The notes below the pieces were generated by a model. It saw only the letters and a list, made by a program, of their open reading frames with translations, did not search any database and was not told where the DNA came from. This document shows positions 50,601-63,610 of a DNA stretch of 64,000 bases, piece by piece. Positions within the stretch are counted from its first letter, which is position 1, and each line of letters opens with the position of its first letter. Source of the DNA: Octopus vulgaris (lineage: Eukaryota); contig OX597816.1 in NCBI GenBank assembly GCA_951406725.2, positions 112,716,001-112,780,000 on the forward strand, in the 5' to 3' direction. Both the position numbers and the translations under genes were made by a program.

Positions 50601-52011
50601 AAACAGCCCTGGTTCTATGATGCAAAGTATTTTGAGCTTTAAAGTGTTTATATCAGTTAAAACCTTCTATCATAATATTATATAAGACTATTTAGGAAAA
50701 AATTAATTTCTTCATGAAATTCATCTAAATTTTTCTTTATTAAAAAAAATCTTTTGCTATTTAAAAAAATTAATTAAAACATACACATTAGTTCAGTAGA
50801 GAAATGTTCCTGAAAAGATCAATCAATGACTTAAATTCAAAACAAAAGCTCAATGTCCAGTAAATTTTGAAGCCATAGGTAGCAGTGAAGTCAATTTAAT
50901 TAATCCCATCATATGACTGGTACTTATTTTATATACACTAGAACAATGAATATCAATGTCAATCCTAGTTGAATTTTTACTCAGAACACAAATGGAAATC
51001 ACTAAATAGAATAATAATGATAATTGCACCTAATATAGGCAGAAGGTCAGCAATTTTGAGTGGAGAGAGAGCTAATTGATTCCATCAACCATCACTATTT
51101 GATTAGTAGTTATTTTATCAAACTTGGAGTAAAAATGATCATAATACTAATGATATATTAATCAGATAACTTTGTAGGTAATAAGCTGCTGCCATTTTCA
51201 TTCCTTTCCTCTAGGTATTTAGTGAGATAAGGGAATTGATTCCAACTGGGAATCAAAACCAGGCCAGACCCACAATTTACTGAGAGTTTGCTCTCAGAAT
51301 TCTCTTTTCACCAATGAAACATAATTAAGTAAACACTAAAATTAGAATCAGCAACCAGTGTTGTAAGAGTGTATGACAGGAAAAAAAAAATCTATTTTAA
51401 TATTTCTGCTATCTAGGGCTTTTGTTAGTGAGATTGCATACTTATCTAAATGTATATTTGTATGTGTGTATATATACACACGTGTGTGTGTGTGTGTGTG
51501 TGTGTGCATGCATGCATGCACTTGTGTTTATGAGTTCATGTGACCTGCCATATACTTCACTTCAATTATATTAAAATGAAAAATATTTTTACTGATATTG
51601 ACTGAGTACCGTCAACTAATACAATAAGACAAACTCTCTTGAGGATGTCTTTTAACTTTTCCAATTTTCATAAAATATTTTCCCTGTAAACTAAATCTAT
51701 TATCAAAGAAATTTATGACTCTATACTTTGAATAGAAACATAAACTTTAGAAACATTCTAATCTATCCAATGTGTTTTCTACTGAATTTCCACAAAGTGA
51801 ATCAGAGTTCTCTGATCAGTTGACACTTGTTTTTGTTTTGATATTTCATTTCTTTATTCTTGTTATGTTTATTTCCACTTGGCTGTGTGTGTATGTGTGT
51901 GTTTTATGTGCAAAAGAGATTGTACCCATGGACTTCACAGATGGGCTAATTTTAGTGAGATTTTAGTGTTTAATGTTCAGATTGAGAAGTTACAAGCAAA
52001 CCGTTGCAACA

Positions 52012-52205
52012 AGCGCAGGAGTGGCTATATGGTAAGTAGCTTGCTTATCAACCACATGGTTCTGGGTTCAGTCCCACTGCGTGGTACCTTGGGCAAATGT
52101 TTTTTACTATAGCTTCGGGCTGACCAAAGCCTTGTGAGTGAATTTGGTAGACGGAAACTGAAAGAAGCCCATCGTATATATGTGTGTGTATATATATATA
52201 TGTAA

Positions 52206-52237
<32 letters not shown>

Positions 52238-52480
52238 GTAATATATATATATATATATATATGTATATGTTTGTGTGTCTGTGTTTGTCCCCCAACATCA
52301 CTTGACAACTGATGCTGGTGTAGTCACATCCCCGTAACTTAGCAGTTCAGCAAAAGAGACCAATAGAATAAGTACTAGGCTTACAAAGAAAAAATCCTGG
52401 GGTTGATTCTTTTACTAAAGGTGGTGCTCCAGCATGGCCACAGTCAAATGACTGAAACAAATAAAAGAGAAAGAGTAAAG
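52012..52480 (+). mobile_element. Full-length tRNA-SINE family A
   Basis: Colinear with 27480-27894. Confidence 0.92.
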
Positions 52481-52862
52481 AGAGCCAAAGAAAGAATTTA
52501 AACAAGTGACAGCCTGAAGATGATATACCAAGCATAGTGATCAGTACTGGGTTTCTATGCGGGTACAATATAGGTGATGAGAGGTAGAGTAGTGAGCAAA
52601 GTAGGAATACTTGAGTGAGATGCCATAATATTAAGAGACACAGAAGTGACTGGAGTTGTAATAGAAAAGGCAAAGAGAGGAGACAGGTAGAAATGTCTTG
52701 GTGAGTGATTTGATACCAATTAATTGGAAGACCTTTCTGAGGAAATAGGCTAGAAAAATGTGTTACAACAACAATGTGTCCAATGTAAGACCAGTACATC
52801 ATTGTACTGGTCTTATGTAAGTCTTGCTTGAGTTTTGTAGATGGTCTGTAGTTGCTAGGAGG

Positions 52863-53261
52863 CAGCACTGGATTAACCATTAAGCAAAATAAGCATGTGT
52901 TTAGGGTATCAAGCAATTGGGGAGCATCACAGAAATAGTAAGTGGTTTATGGCACAAAAGAAATCACTTGAAACTTGTTAAAATAATATTTGGGATGCCC
53001 TTATCTCTACAAAGTTTAGCAGTAGATGTGTTACTTAAGATTAATTTTGAGGATCTGATCAAAGACTTTGCAATTAAAAAAGATAAAGCTTTTCAAGCAT
53101 AAATAAAGTGGAAGTATACAAAAATAAATATTATTTTCCTCCTTACTGTTAGTTTTGTTTCATTTTGAAAACTAAAACTTTATTTCATGGTTATATTTTG
53201 AATTACTTATATATAAGGGTACAAAAATCTTGTAAGTGCTTAGGGCCTCTATCCAGCCCTA
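52863..53261 (+). mobile_element. Internally deleted hAT (Tip100/Ac-like) transposon
   Basis: Ends CAGCACTGGAT and ATCCAGCCCTA (imperfect TIR); subterminal GTG(T/C)TTAGGG motifs; ORF 52917-53102 LKLVK...INFEDLIKDFAIKK matches the hAT C-terminal dimerisation domain. Confidence 0.75.
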
Positions 53262-53349
53262 CTATTTTGTCAGGATGGAAATTATTGTGGTTTTATTATT
53301 TCAAGGTGCTTGCATAGGATTACCTCACACGGATTGGTGTGTTTATTGA

Positions 53350-53780
53350 CTTAGTGTAGCTATGAAGGGTACTTCCCAGCCTTATGAGTTCATGTTCACT
53401 CCCACTGTGTGGCACCTTGAGAAACTTCTACTAGGTTGATCAACTTCTACCAGGCTGATCACAGCCTTATGAGTGGATGTGGCAGGTGGAAACTGAAAGA
53501 AGCCCATCATATGTGTGTGTGAGTGAGTGTGTGTGTATGTTTGTTTCTCTTTCTGTTAGTATTCATGGCTGTTGTAAATGAATTTCATTTATGTACAATA
53601 TTTTGCTAAAGCATGTCCAGCCATGTGGAAATATTACCTTGTTTGGAAACAGGTGAGGGCTGATGACAGGAAGGGCATCCAACCATAGAAAATCTGCCCC
53701 AATAAACTCCTCCTTAACCATGTAAACATGGAAAAGTGGCTGTTAAAAGAATGGTGATGATGATAATGATGATGATGAGG
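53350..53780 (+). mobile_element. SINE family A with RTE-like tail
   Basis: CCCACTGTGTGGCACCTTGAG...GGAAACTGAAAGAAGCCC...GACAGGAAGGGCATCC...(GAT)n. Confidence 0.8.
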
Positions 53781-54345
53781 CTCTGGTAGAATTAGAGGTT
53801 TTCTATTTGATGCGTGACAGTTTTCATCAGATGACATCTTTCCAAATCTAGTTTAAATACATGTAAAAGAACTGTAAATACTTTATAATAAGTTCTGTAG
53901 AAGAAATTCAACTGCTGCTAGCTTCTAAAGGAATTCTTTGATTTGACAAGTATGATAAGCAGCATGTTGCGATTTTGGCAACACAGTACTGAACCAAATG
54001 TCTGGAAAGATTGAGACCAGAAGTGACCTGGATTTCTGGGCTTTTCTGTTTTTTTGGAGACAGCTAAATGTATACTTAAAATATAAAATAAATTGTGAAA
54101 AGTAAGCAACTAAATTGTATGTAACAGATTCAAATTTATACATTGAAGCAGTGTTTGTTTGCTATTTATTGACTTCTTAAAATATATCATACACACACAC
54201 ACATGTGCCTGTATCTACTCATGTTTATACCACTTAAAAACTGATGTTTTATTTAGTTTGTGTTCCTTTACATCCCATAACTTAGCAGTTCGATAATGGA
54301 TCAATAAAATAAGTACTAGGCAAATCATCAATCTTTTCACTGTTC

Positions 54346-54430
54346 TATATTTAAGAGATGACATATGATGTAGTGGTTAAGAGCGCAGGCTACTAACTCC
54401 CAAGATTCCGAGTTCGATTCCAGGCAGTGA

Positions 54431-54484
<54 letters not shown>

Positions 54485-54656
54485 TAACAATAATAATTAT
54501 AATAACTACAACATTGAAAAATATCTTAGGAATGAGAACCCAGGTTCGAAATTTCCCCAAGACACCTGACAAAGGCTGGGGGGTATATCAGCCGAAATGT
54601 GTTAACAAACAAGATAAGACAACTATCTGTCAATTGTAAATAATGTAAATAATGTG
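54346..54656 (+). mobile_element. tRNA-headed SINE with internal (AAT)n and Penelope-like hammerhead-bearing tail
   Basis: A box TGTAGTGGTT, B box GAGTTCGATTCC; hammerhead-like motif at 54561-54603; 13-bp direct repeat CTTTTCACTGTTC at 54333-54345 and 54657-54669. Confidence 0.85.
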
Positions 54657-55537
54657 CTTTTCACTGTTCATTATTCATTTTCCCTTCCTCATATATGAGC
54701 TGTTGATGTTAGATTTTATTGTCTCTGGGAATATCCTAGAATTATGATAACCTTAATCTTGCAAAATCACATGATGCTTAACTTATTTGTTAAATCAACA
54801 ACATCATGAGATATGTACTGAAACTTCTATAATCAGTTAAACTTTTGAAGATGATGTTCCAGCATGACCACAATCTAATGACTGAAACTAAGGGGAAAAA
54901 AAAGCAGAAAAAGAAAAAGAATTCTAGCTTCATGAATTAGCAATGTGCATTTCTTAGGAGTTTACACAGCCTGCTGAGTATCTTCATAATTACAATGGAA
55001 CATTTATTTTCTCAACTTTTTAACTATTAATCATATTCCCATCTCTTATCTAAGCTCAGTGAAATCAATAGAATTAATCACTCTTTACCTCGTTATCAGG
55101 TAATTTTACTTTTTAGATATTCACCAAATATTAAGATGTTTTTCAGAAGCTAGGAACTTTGCTTATCTTTTTTGTTTCTTTAAGTAAGATGCCTTATCAA
55201 TCTGCATCTTAGTTCGCTCAGAAACAAAAACCCCAAAATAAACTTGTCGTTCATTATGTAATATCAAGAAATTGCTTGTAACTTAAGTATTGAGGATATT
55301 TTTTATCAGTAGTAATATGCACTTTTTACAATACTTTCCCAATTCTTAGGTAGTCAGAGAAATGTTTTGGCAAAACTGATATGAATGGTTTCCATTAAGA
55401 AATATTATTGAACAATGCCGTAAGGATGACAAGTTTTCTGGATTTTATGTTCTACTTTAGACATATCTTACATGTATATTTTAAAGTATACGTGTAACTA
55501 ATAGTGTAATTCAGTTTCTCAGATGAAGCATCTAGTA

Positions 55538-55680
55538 CAGTCATTCTCAAGGTGAAGTGCTTACCCAACCAGTGTGCTGGAACAATATTTTGGTTGGGGT
55601 GTGGAACTTTAGAATGAAGCATAAGTAACAATTAATTTTTATTTTGAGTCATGGGCCAAAAAAAGGTTTAAGAAATAGTG
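55538..55680. mobile_element. Possible hAT-Charlie-type MITE remnant
   Basis: CAGTCATTCTCAA ... TTAAGAAATAGTG resembles CAGTNNTTCTCAA TIRs. Confidence 0.4.
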
Positions 55681-57254
55681 AATGAATAAAAATGCATTTC
55701 TGCTGGTTTTAACACTGAGTATTTCAGTTGTTTCAACTGCTGAACTCCCTACTCATTGTATTATAATATATATATGACTGAATATTCCAACTACACACGT
55801 ACTGTTAATGTAATTCTCAGAGATTCGGCATGCTACAGTATGTAACGTAGTCCATTGAATTATGAGTACAGTTCATCTACAAAGTTTCTCTCAACCCAGT
55901 TTCTCTCACAAGTCTTGTGTTAACACAAGGCCATAATAGAAAACATTAGTCTTAGATACTGGACAGTATGATTAAAACTAGGACATCACTATTGAAAAGC
56001 AATCTTCTTAACCACCCAGCCAGGTGTTTGTCTCAAAGTAATTTATCAGTAAACATTATTATCTGTTTCAAATTCTATGTTTGATATTATATACAGTAAA
56101 ATTTATGTAATCCAAAGTCATTCTGCTTAGAGACTCTTTTATAGGAGATCATCATCAACTATGGTCTTAGATAACTTTAAATAGTTACTCTGATTTTGTA
56201 AATGTTATATTTGCTGTGAGTTCTTCAATTTCATAAACAATTTTGTAGATAACTTATTTAAATCAATGCACTTTACAAACTAAACCAGCATCACAACCAA
56301 CATAATTCCATCTCATATTACCTAATGAGTTTAATCTTAGTGCAGTTGTCCAACCTAAAAAATAGTTGCCAAATTTCCCTCAAATCACATTGATGGGAAA
56401 ATTTAACAATGCAGTCATGCATATGATAAAGTGACGAGAATGCTTTTGATCATAGGTCTAATCAATTAGAAATGTCATTTTAACAAACGAAAACAGAATA
56501 TTCAGTAAAAATTGTGATTAGGCATTTCTGCATTTGAACCATCATAAATCAGACAAGGATAAGAAATCACAGTCATTCTAATCTTGTCTATTTTCTTATT
56601 TTCTTCTTTGAGATAATGTTCAATGTGTCCTTTTCTTGGTAGAGCTAGGGTATGATTAAAAGATTTGATAATTATTTCTAGCAAGTCAATTCATCATGTG
56701 CAACAATGTTTCTCAACTGTTTTTAACTTTGAGGATCAGTGGAGATCAAGCAAAAACGTTACTGACCCACTTCACATGGAAAGGTTTGAAAAAAATGTAT
56801 TTTCAAGCTAAAAAAATTTCAAAAAGAATGTGTCACATTATGTTAAAAATACCAGTTCTCTATTGATCACTGAAGTGAGACAATTTTAAGCACAATGTGT
56901 ACATAGATACACATCCTTTTATAAAGGCATATAGACTATTGGTTAAAGTGTTTGGCTCATGATCACAAAGTCATAGTTTCAGTTTCTAAGATTGAGCAGG
57001 CACATGTACTTGAGCAAGGCTTTCCATTTCATGTTGCTCCAATCTACTCACTAGTAAAGATGTACTAACTGTATGCTACTGCAGCTCTTTGCTTCCAGCT
57101 GTCACATCCTGGATTAAGTTCAAGGTCACAGATGATAAAGCTCAGAAGGTGTTTATGTCTCCTCAATATTGCATACACATCCAAACAATTAACAAAAGAA
57201 TATTGCATCTTACCAACTCAATTTGTTCATGAGTGATGGCTGGCTATATTTTAT

Positions 57255-57470
57255 TCATCATCATCATCATGTAACATTCATTTTTCCCTGCTTGCATGGA
57301 TCAGGTGGAGCTTGTTGAGGCACATTTTCTATGGCTAGATGCCCTTCCTGTTGCCAACCTTCACCTGTTTCCAAGCATGGTTATATTTCCCCATTTCCAG
57401 ACATATTTTTCAGAGAAGACTGGAAATTAAGAACATTGCTTGTATGACAATGATGCTTGTTTACAACCAT
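57255..57470 (-). mobile_element. RTE-tailed SINE fragment
   Basis: (CAT)n, then GATGCCCTTCCTGTTGCCAACCTTCACCTGTTTCCAAG. Confidence 0.75.
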
Positions 57471-58683
57471 CATACATACATAGAAAATATATCACTCTAA
57501 GAAAATATATCACTCTAAGAAATAATAATAATAATTATTATTATTATTATTATTATTGAGTGAGAGAGCAGTGCATGCCATCAAAGTGACACTGGGGTAA
57601 AATATACAAAGCCCAATATACCCATCATGCATGCATGCATACATACATATGGATGCAATGCGTGTATGCCAGGGTTTCCGTCTCACAAATCCTTTCACAA
57701 GGCTTTCATTGAGCCAGGGTTGTAGAAGAAGACATTTGCCTAAGATACTGCACAATAGGAGAATACTTATGTATGAAAATAAAAATTATGAATCCTACAC
57801 TTTACAAAACACTTAAGCATCAGTATTGATGTTTTAAATCCTTAAATTATATTACTAAGAAAAAATTCATGGTGCACCTAGATACCTTTTGAGGTGCACC
57901 AATGTACCACAGCATACTGTCAGTAGAGCCCCTATTGTATGGGTTGTCTTGTTAGCTTACTCTAATCCATTGACTTGTACTAATGTCAGTTATTTAGAAA
58001 GATGATCATTGATTTCTGTTATGTGTGCTCATGGGTTTCCTGGGTGGGTGTATTTCTTCATAACACCTGTGACTTTCAGTTAAATGGTGCTGTTATTCTT
58101 GTTTTTGGCATATATATTTGCATTTTTTTCTCTCTTTATGTTCTGTTATGTATTTATATTACCTTGGATCTTCTTCGCTTTTATGTCAACAGAATTTAGT
58201 CTTCCAAGAAAGAAAGAAATATAATTGATTTTTTTTCACGTATAAGGATTCTGTATGACATGTGTTTGGCATTTTTAGGTTTTTTACATTGTTTCTTCAT
58301 TAATGTCAGTGGATTTTCCTTGTGATATAAAATTCTCTGTACTTCCTTTGTTCATCCGGAAGTTACTTTCTTTCATTTGACTGGAAGTTGCTTTTACTGT
58401 TACTTTTTTTCTTTGCTCTTATTTTTATTGCATGCTTTCAGCGTGTTATGAGATGGTAAATAAGTCACAAAGCTATAACAATAAATTCTTTGGCAACGAA
58501 CATTTATATAACAAATAAATGACAATACATAACCAAAGGTTTAGTATAATGTATACCAAAAATCTCTTTAACCTCTGCAGGTGACGGATACTTCTAGTCC
58601 TCTGCTTGTCCTGCCTGTTTTCTTGGCTGTTTACTACTGACTGTCCAACTACATATCTTGGCACATGCACGTGCATACACACA

Positions 58684-58850
58684 TCATCATCATCATCATC
58701 AGCTTTCCATGGATGGATTGACAGGAGCTGGCTAGGCAGAAGACTGCACCAAACTTCAGTTTTTGTTTTGGCATGGTTTTTTATGGCTGGATGCCCTTCC
58801 TAACACCAACCACCTGAGAGAGTGAACTGAGTGCTTTTTATGTGGCGCCA
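58684..58850 (-). mobile_element. RTE 3' fragment
   Basis: (CAT)n...GGCTGGATGCCCTTCCTAACACCAACCAC. Confidence 0.75.
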
Positions 58851-60834
58851 GAAAAGAGATGTAAATCATCTACCAGTGGTTTCAAATTTCTCTCTAGTTT
58901 TCTCCCCTTGGTTGACTGAGTACTTCTCCTAAGAATCTTTGGTTCTACAGATTGGATTCGTTTGTTCATTTCTTGTTCCAAATCACTACTAATAGATGTT
59001 GTTCCTTGTCACTGTTAACACGTGTTTCTCAAACAATGTGAGGCACTACCACTACAACAGGCAACATTGCTATCACCACCTTTGTTTCAAGCTGCAAAAG
59101 TTTTGATCTAATTTGGGTCTTTCATGAATCAAAGTTTCAATCTGATTCTGTATAATAAGAGTAAATTCTTTTCTTCTTTTTTATTCATACTTTTTGTGTT
59201 GTTCTGGTTTGGCTTTTGTTGGACAGTATTATGAGGATTTTTTGAGTATTTGGCTTTATTGTTTTGGCATTTTCTTTGTTTAGTACATGAGTTTTGTTCA
59301 TTTGTTTTACACATTTCTCTATCGTCAAGGTTTATGTCTTCAGTGTTTTAATATTTTGATTGTTTATTTTAGTTTTTGTTAAGTGTATTTTCATTATTTA
59401 CTTGCATTTTAGATTCATCATAAGTTAGCTTGTATGTTATGATGCAATGTTTCTTTGAGCTCAGTCTTATTTTTCTCTTCAAATTTTATACTAAAGTATT
59501 GTTTTAGTTTTGTTTAGTGGTAGTGTAATATATGCATGTATTATAGAAACGCATTCCTCTCATATTCATTTATGCTTTTTCTGTTTTAATTATGTAATTT
59601 ATTGCTAAAGTTTGCCCTTTATTTAGATTATCATCAGATTCATTAAGAACTGGTTTATTTGTTTTTGGGTTTGTTGAATTTTGCGTGTTTCGTTTTCCAT
59701 GCTTATTATGCATCAAATTCAAAGTACACATTCACCTTTTAACTTTGGGCTAATGACATGCTTTTACATGTTTTTATTTGTATTGGTTGTCATTTGCTTA
59801 TGGAGATGGGTGTGGATAAATCAGTCTGGTGTTGATGTAACTTATAGTCTGTTAGTTTGTTTATACATAATATCTGATCACCAGCCAGTGTGCAATTTAT
59901 AATACATTAATTATGTAAGGTAAAAATCAATAAAATTTCACAAGTAAATCAATATATTACTTACACAGTTATCCATTAGCATTTTAAATTTATTTTTCAG
60001 CTTGATTCATTTATATTTGTTATTATTTATTATTAGATGATGTCTTAGGAAGAGCATGTGTTAACCAAAACAAATTGGTTCAGTAGCTGGAAGGGAGAAT
60101 CTATGTTGGCCATCATCTTGGGCTTGACCAACAGTTATGTTAAGTTATATGGGATCTAACTTGGACCAGATCTCAAGATAGAGAGAACATATGACAATGT
60201 TACAAGCAGGTTGATCAGTGCCACCAAGAAATGAGCTGTGACTAAGCTATCCTTGGATTGTGGGAAAGAGGTGACAAATGTATACATCAGTCCTGTTATT
60301 TCTTGTCATGAAAACATTGAACAGAATTTTTAGTGTCTGAAATGAAACACTTAGCAGCATTTCTACCAGATTTTTACATTCTGAGTTCAGATTCTACCAA
60401 GGTTGATTTTTGTCTTTCATCCTTTTAGGGTCAATAAAATAAGCACTAGTTAAGAGTGGGGTCAATATAATCTATTTACCCTCTCCCACCAAATGCCAAA
60501 CTTTGAACCATTATTTATGATCTCATTAATACCATACCCTCCCACATATGCCTTCATCTTTTCAGTATATTTCCAGTTCAGGATAAACTGCAATAGGCAT
60601 TTGTCAGGCTTCTCTAAATGCATGCAAAGAGGTAAGACTGTTCTTTATGTACTTGCTCAGTGTCTGAGCATTGCTGACATGTTGAATTATGATGACCAAC
60701 TGCTGTCACATGCACTATAGAGCCAGCTGACTTCATCACAATGTATGTATATGTGTATATGTATGTGTGTTTGTATGTAAATATGGCTGTGCATTTTCAG
60801 TTTCTCTAATATGAAAAAAATAAATTTTTAAAAA

Positions 60835-61135
60835 TCTGGTTTGCCAGACCTCAGTCAAATCATCCAACCCATGCTAGCATGGAATGCGGACGTTAAACAA
60901 TGATTATTATTATTATTATTATTATTAAGGTGGCAAGCTGGCAGAATTGTGATCACACTGGACAAATTGCTTAGTGGCATTTCATCCATCTTTTTGTTCT
61001 GAGTTTAAATTTCATCTAGGTTGATTTTTGCCTTTCATCCTTCCACTGTTGATAAAATAAGTACCAGTTGGGTACTGGGGACAGTGTAATAAACTACACC
61101 CCGTCAAATTACTGATCTCTTGCCAAAATTTGAAG
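60835..61135 (+). mobile_element. RTE 3' end followed by family B SINE
   Basis: CCAACCCATGCTAGCATGGAATGCGGACGTTAAAC, (ATT)n, GGTGGCAAGCTGGCAGAA...GCCTTTCATCCTTCC...GATAAAATAAGTACCAG. Confidence 0.85.
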
Positions 61136-62933
61136 CCATTATTTTTGTTGTTGTTGTTATAATAATTATTAGTAATATTATTATTAGTAGTAGTAATAGT
61201 AGCAGTAGTAGTAGCAGCAGCAGCAGTACTATTTAGTCTCAAAATAAATCCATTTATTAAAAAACTTTCCTTTATCTGATGATTTTGTTGAAGTTATATA
61301 TGTTTCGTCTTATAAGAATATATATTTTTTCTTTAAGATTTCAGACAGAAAAAGAAAAAGTATATATTCTTTTGTAATACAGAATTACTATTTCATTATT
61401 CATTCAGAACAGTTTTAAGCAAGGCAATATATTTTCAAATGAATTGGTTGTGACTTTTCAAAATTTTTTTTCCTTCCCTGAATATAGCAAAAGGTTTATC
61501 AGAGCATATCTGAAATATAGCCTGAAAGTTTGAAGACATTGTATTTCAATAAATTGATATTTGAAAAGATCATCTCTTTTGACAATTCAAAACATATAGT
61601 TGTCATTGAATTTAAAATAGCTTATTACATATTAATTTTGTTATATCTTTAATGTCATACTATTCTATTGTGAATCAGTTAAAAAAAAAAATTCCCTTCC
61701 TATTTGTTTACCAAAATAAATTATTGATTTCATATTGGAATCTCATTGGTAAGTTGTGTTTTGGAAACAAAACTGGTGCACTTATTACCAATATAGCAAG
61801 TTGTTAAATGTGTGAAGTAGTACGAACCTATCTGGAATGGTTAACTGTATAAGTTACCTATCATTTTTCCAGCATAAGTCAAATTTTTCAGACCAACATT
61901 TATAGCCAGAAACAGTAGGTTAACTTATACACCAACATGACTTTGGAAGACCAAAAATTCCTTGTGAAATAGAGCAGGATTTGGAAAGTTAGTGATGATG
62001 TTTGAATGCTTAAACTATATACTGTTTCAACTCGTATGAGAATATGATACTTAGTTAATCAGTTTGCTATTGTTGTTTATACACACTGGGCAGTCCTGAT
62101 CTAAATAACATATAGTCAAAAGCATTCTATTCCATATAGTCAAAAGCATTAATCAATCCATATTTCTACCTCACTAACTTGTCCTCCTTTTTATAAATGA
62201 TATTATATGATTTGAGAAAAATTTGACTGCTATTTGTAGCAGGCTGAGTGATGTTGTGGAATCTTATAATTAATCAGGTACAGCACCGAGGCAGTATCTA
62301 CAATAATTCATGTATGTATGTATGTATATATATATATATATATATATATACATACACTCTATACTGTTTTCTCTTTCATCCTTTTCTCTAATTCCCTTTT
62401 CTTCCTTTCATCATTTTCTATCTGTCTGTCTGTCTCTCTCTCTCCCCTCTTTCTATCTTTTTCTCATTGCTCACACGTGACCATCACCCACCTTTCTTTT
62501 CCTCACATGATCATCATTCTTTTCTGTCAGGACTATCCTAAGGACTGGACATATCCCATCTCTCTCTTTTATCTTTCATCTTGTCAAAGAAAATATTTCT
62601 CTAGTGTTTGCTACTTTACCCTCATTCTGGTCTAATGACCCTCCATGTTTGTTTTCGTTCGGTTTCCTTGTATGTCTCCACTGTCCTGTTCTTGTTCCCA
62701 ACTTGGACCCTCCATAAATCCCAAATTTTATTTTGGTACTTATGGGAGCAACTGTCTTCTGAGATTTATATTGTCGTTCACTGCTTGAAATTAGGAGTTG
62801 ATGGAGAGCCGACAACTGATGAAGGGTCATTGTTTGTGTTACTTGTCCTGTTTTCCATTTGTTTCTCTTGTTTGTATATTGAACTCTGTTGTTTTCATGT
62901 TGTTTACTGTTTGTGACATCTTCTACCCATATA

Positions 62934-62972
<39 letters not shown>

Positions 62973-62974
62973 CT

Positions 62975-63395
62975 ATAAGAAGTGACAAAGGAATATATTC
63001 AGCATATTTTGCTTTATGAATTCATTAAAGGCAACAATTCAACGGAAATTGTGAGGAATATTAATGCAGTATATGGGGATCAGACAATAAGCATAAGCCA
63101 GTGTCAATGGTAGTTCCAGAAATTCCAAGCCAAAAACTACAGCCTAGATGATGAGCCTTGTCCTGGAAGATCTGCAGAGCTTGACAAGGACGTCCTACAA
63201 ACCCCGGGGGAACAAAATCTCATCATAAATGTCGAGGAACTAACAGAGTAGTTTCGATTTGGTCATTCAACCATTCATCGACACCTGCATGCCATTAGAA
63301 AAGTCAGCAAATTGGGTCAATGAGTTCCTCACAAACTTTCCATGTCTAATCGCATGCATTCATGAGACATTCTGTTGTATCTCACGAATGAACCA
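62975..63395 (+). mobile_element. Mariner (DD34D-type) transposase N-terminal remnant
   Basis: Translates ...LLYEFIKGNNSTEIVRNINAVYG...FQKFQAKNYSLDDEPCPGR...TIHRHLHAIRKVSKLGQ*VPHKL (HTH region and WVPHEL motif) with stops. Confidence 0.9.
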
Positions 63396-63419
63396 AGAGA
63401 GAAACACAAAAACACACAC

Positions 63420-63610
63420 ACAAATATATGCACATATATGTATATATACGACAGGCTTCTTCCAGTTTCCATCTACCAAATCCACTCGCAAGGCTTTGGT
63501 CAGCCCAAGGCTATAGTAGAAGACACTTGCCCAATGTGCCATGCAGTGGGACTGAACCCAGAACCATGTATAGAGTTGCAAAGCCAGCTTCTTACCACAC
63601 AACTACGCTT
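63420..63610 (-). mobile_element. tRNA-SINE family A
   Basis: CAGTTTCCATCTACCAAATCCACTCGCAAGGCTTTGG...GGGACTGAACCCAGAACCATG. Confidence 0.9.

Noticed and set aside
52347-52916. 189-aa minus-strand ORF
   Set aside because: Runs across a SINE tail, a purine-rich decayed segment and the hAT end; chimeric composition
57482-57525. 19-bp tandem duplication (also at about 53422, 62110 and 48665)
   Set aside because: Ordinary slippage duplications with no further structure
62816-62850. CTGATGAAGGG hammerhead-like start
   Set aside because: No closing stem II or GAAA box visible
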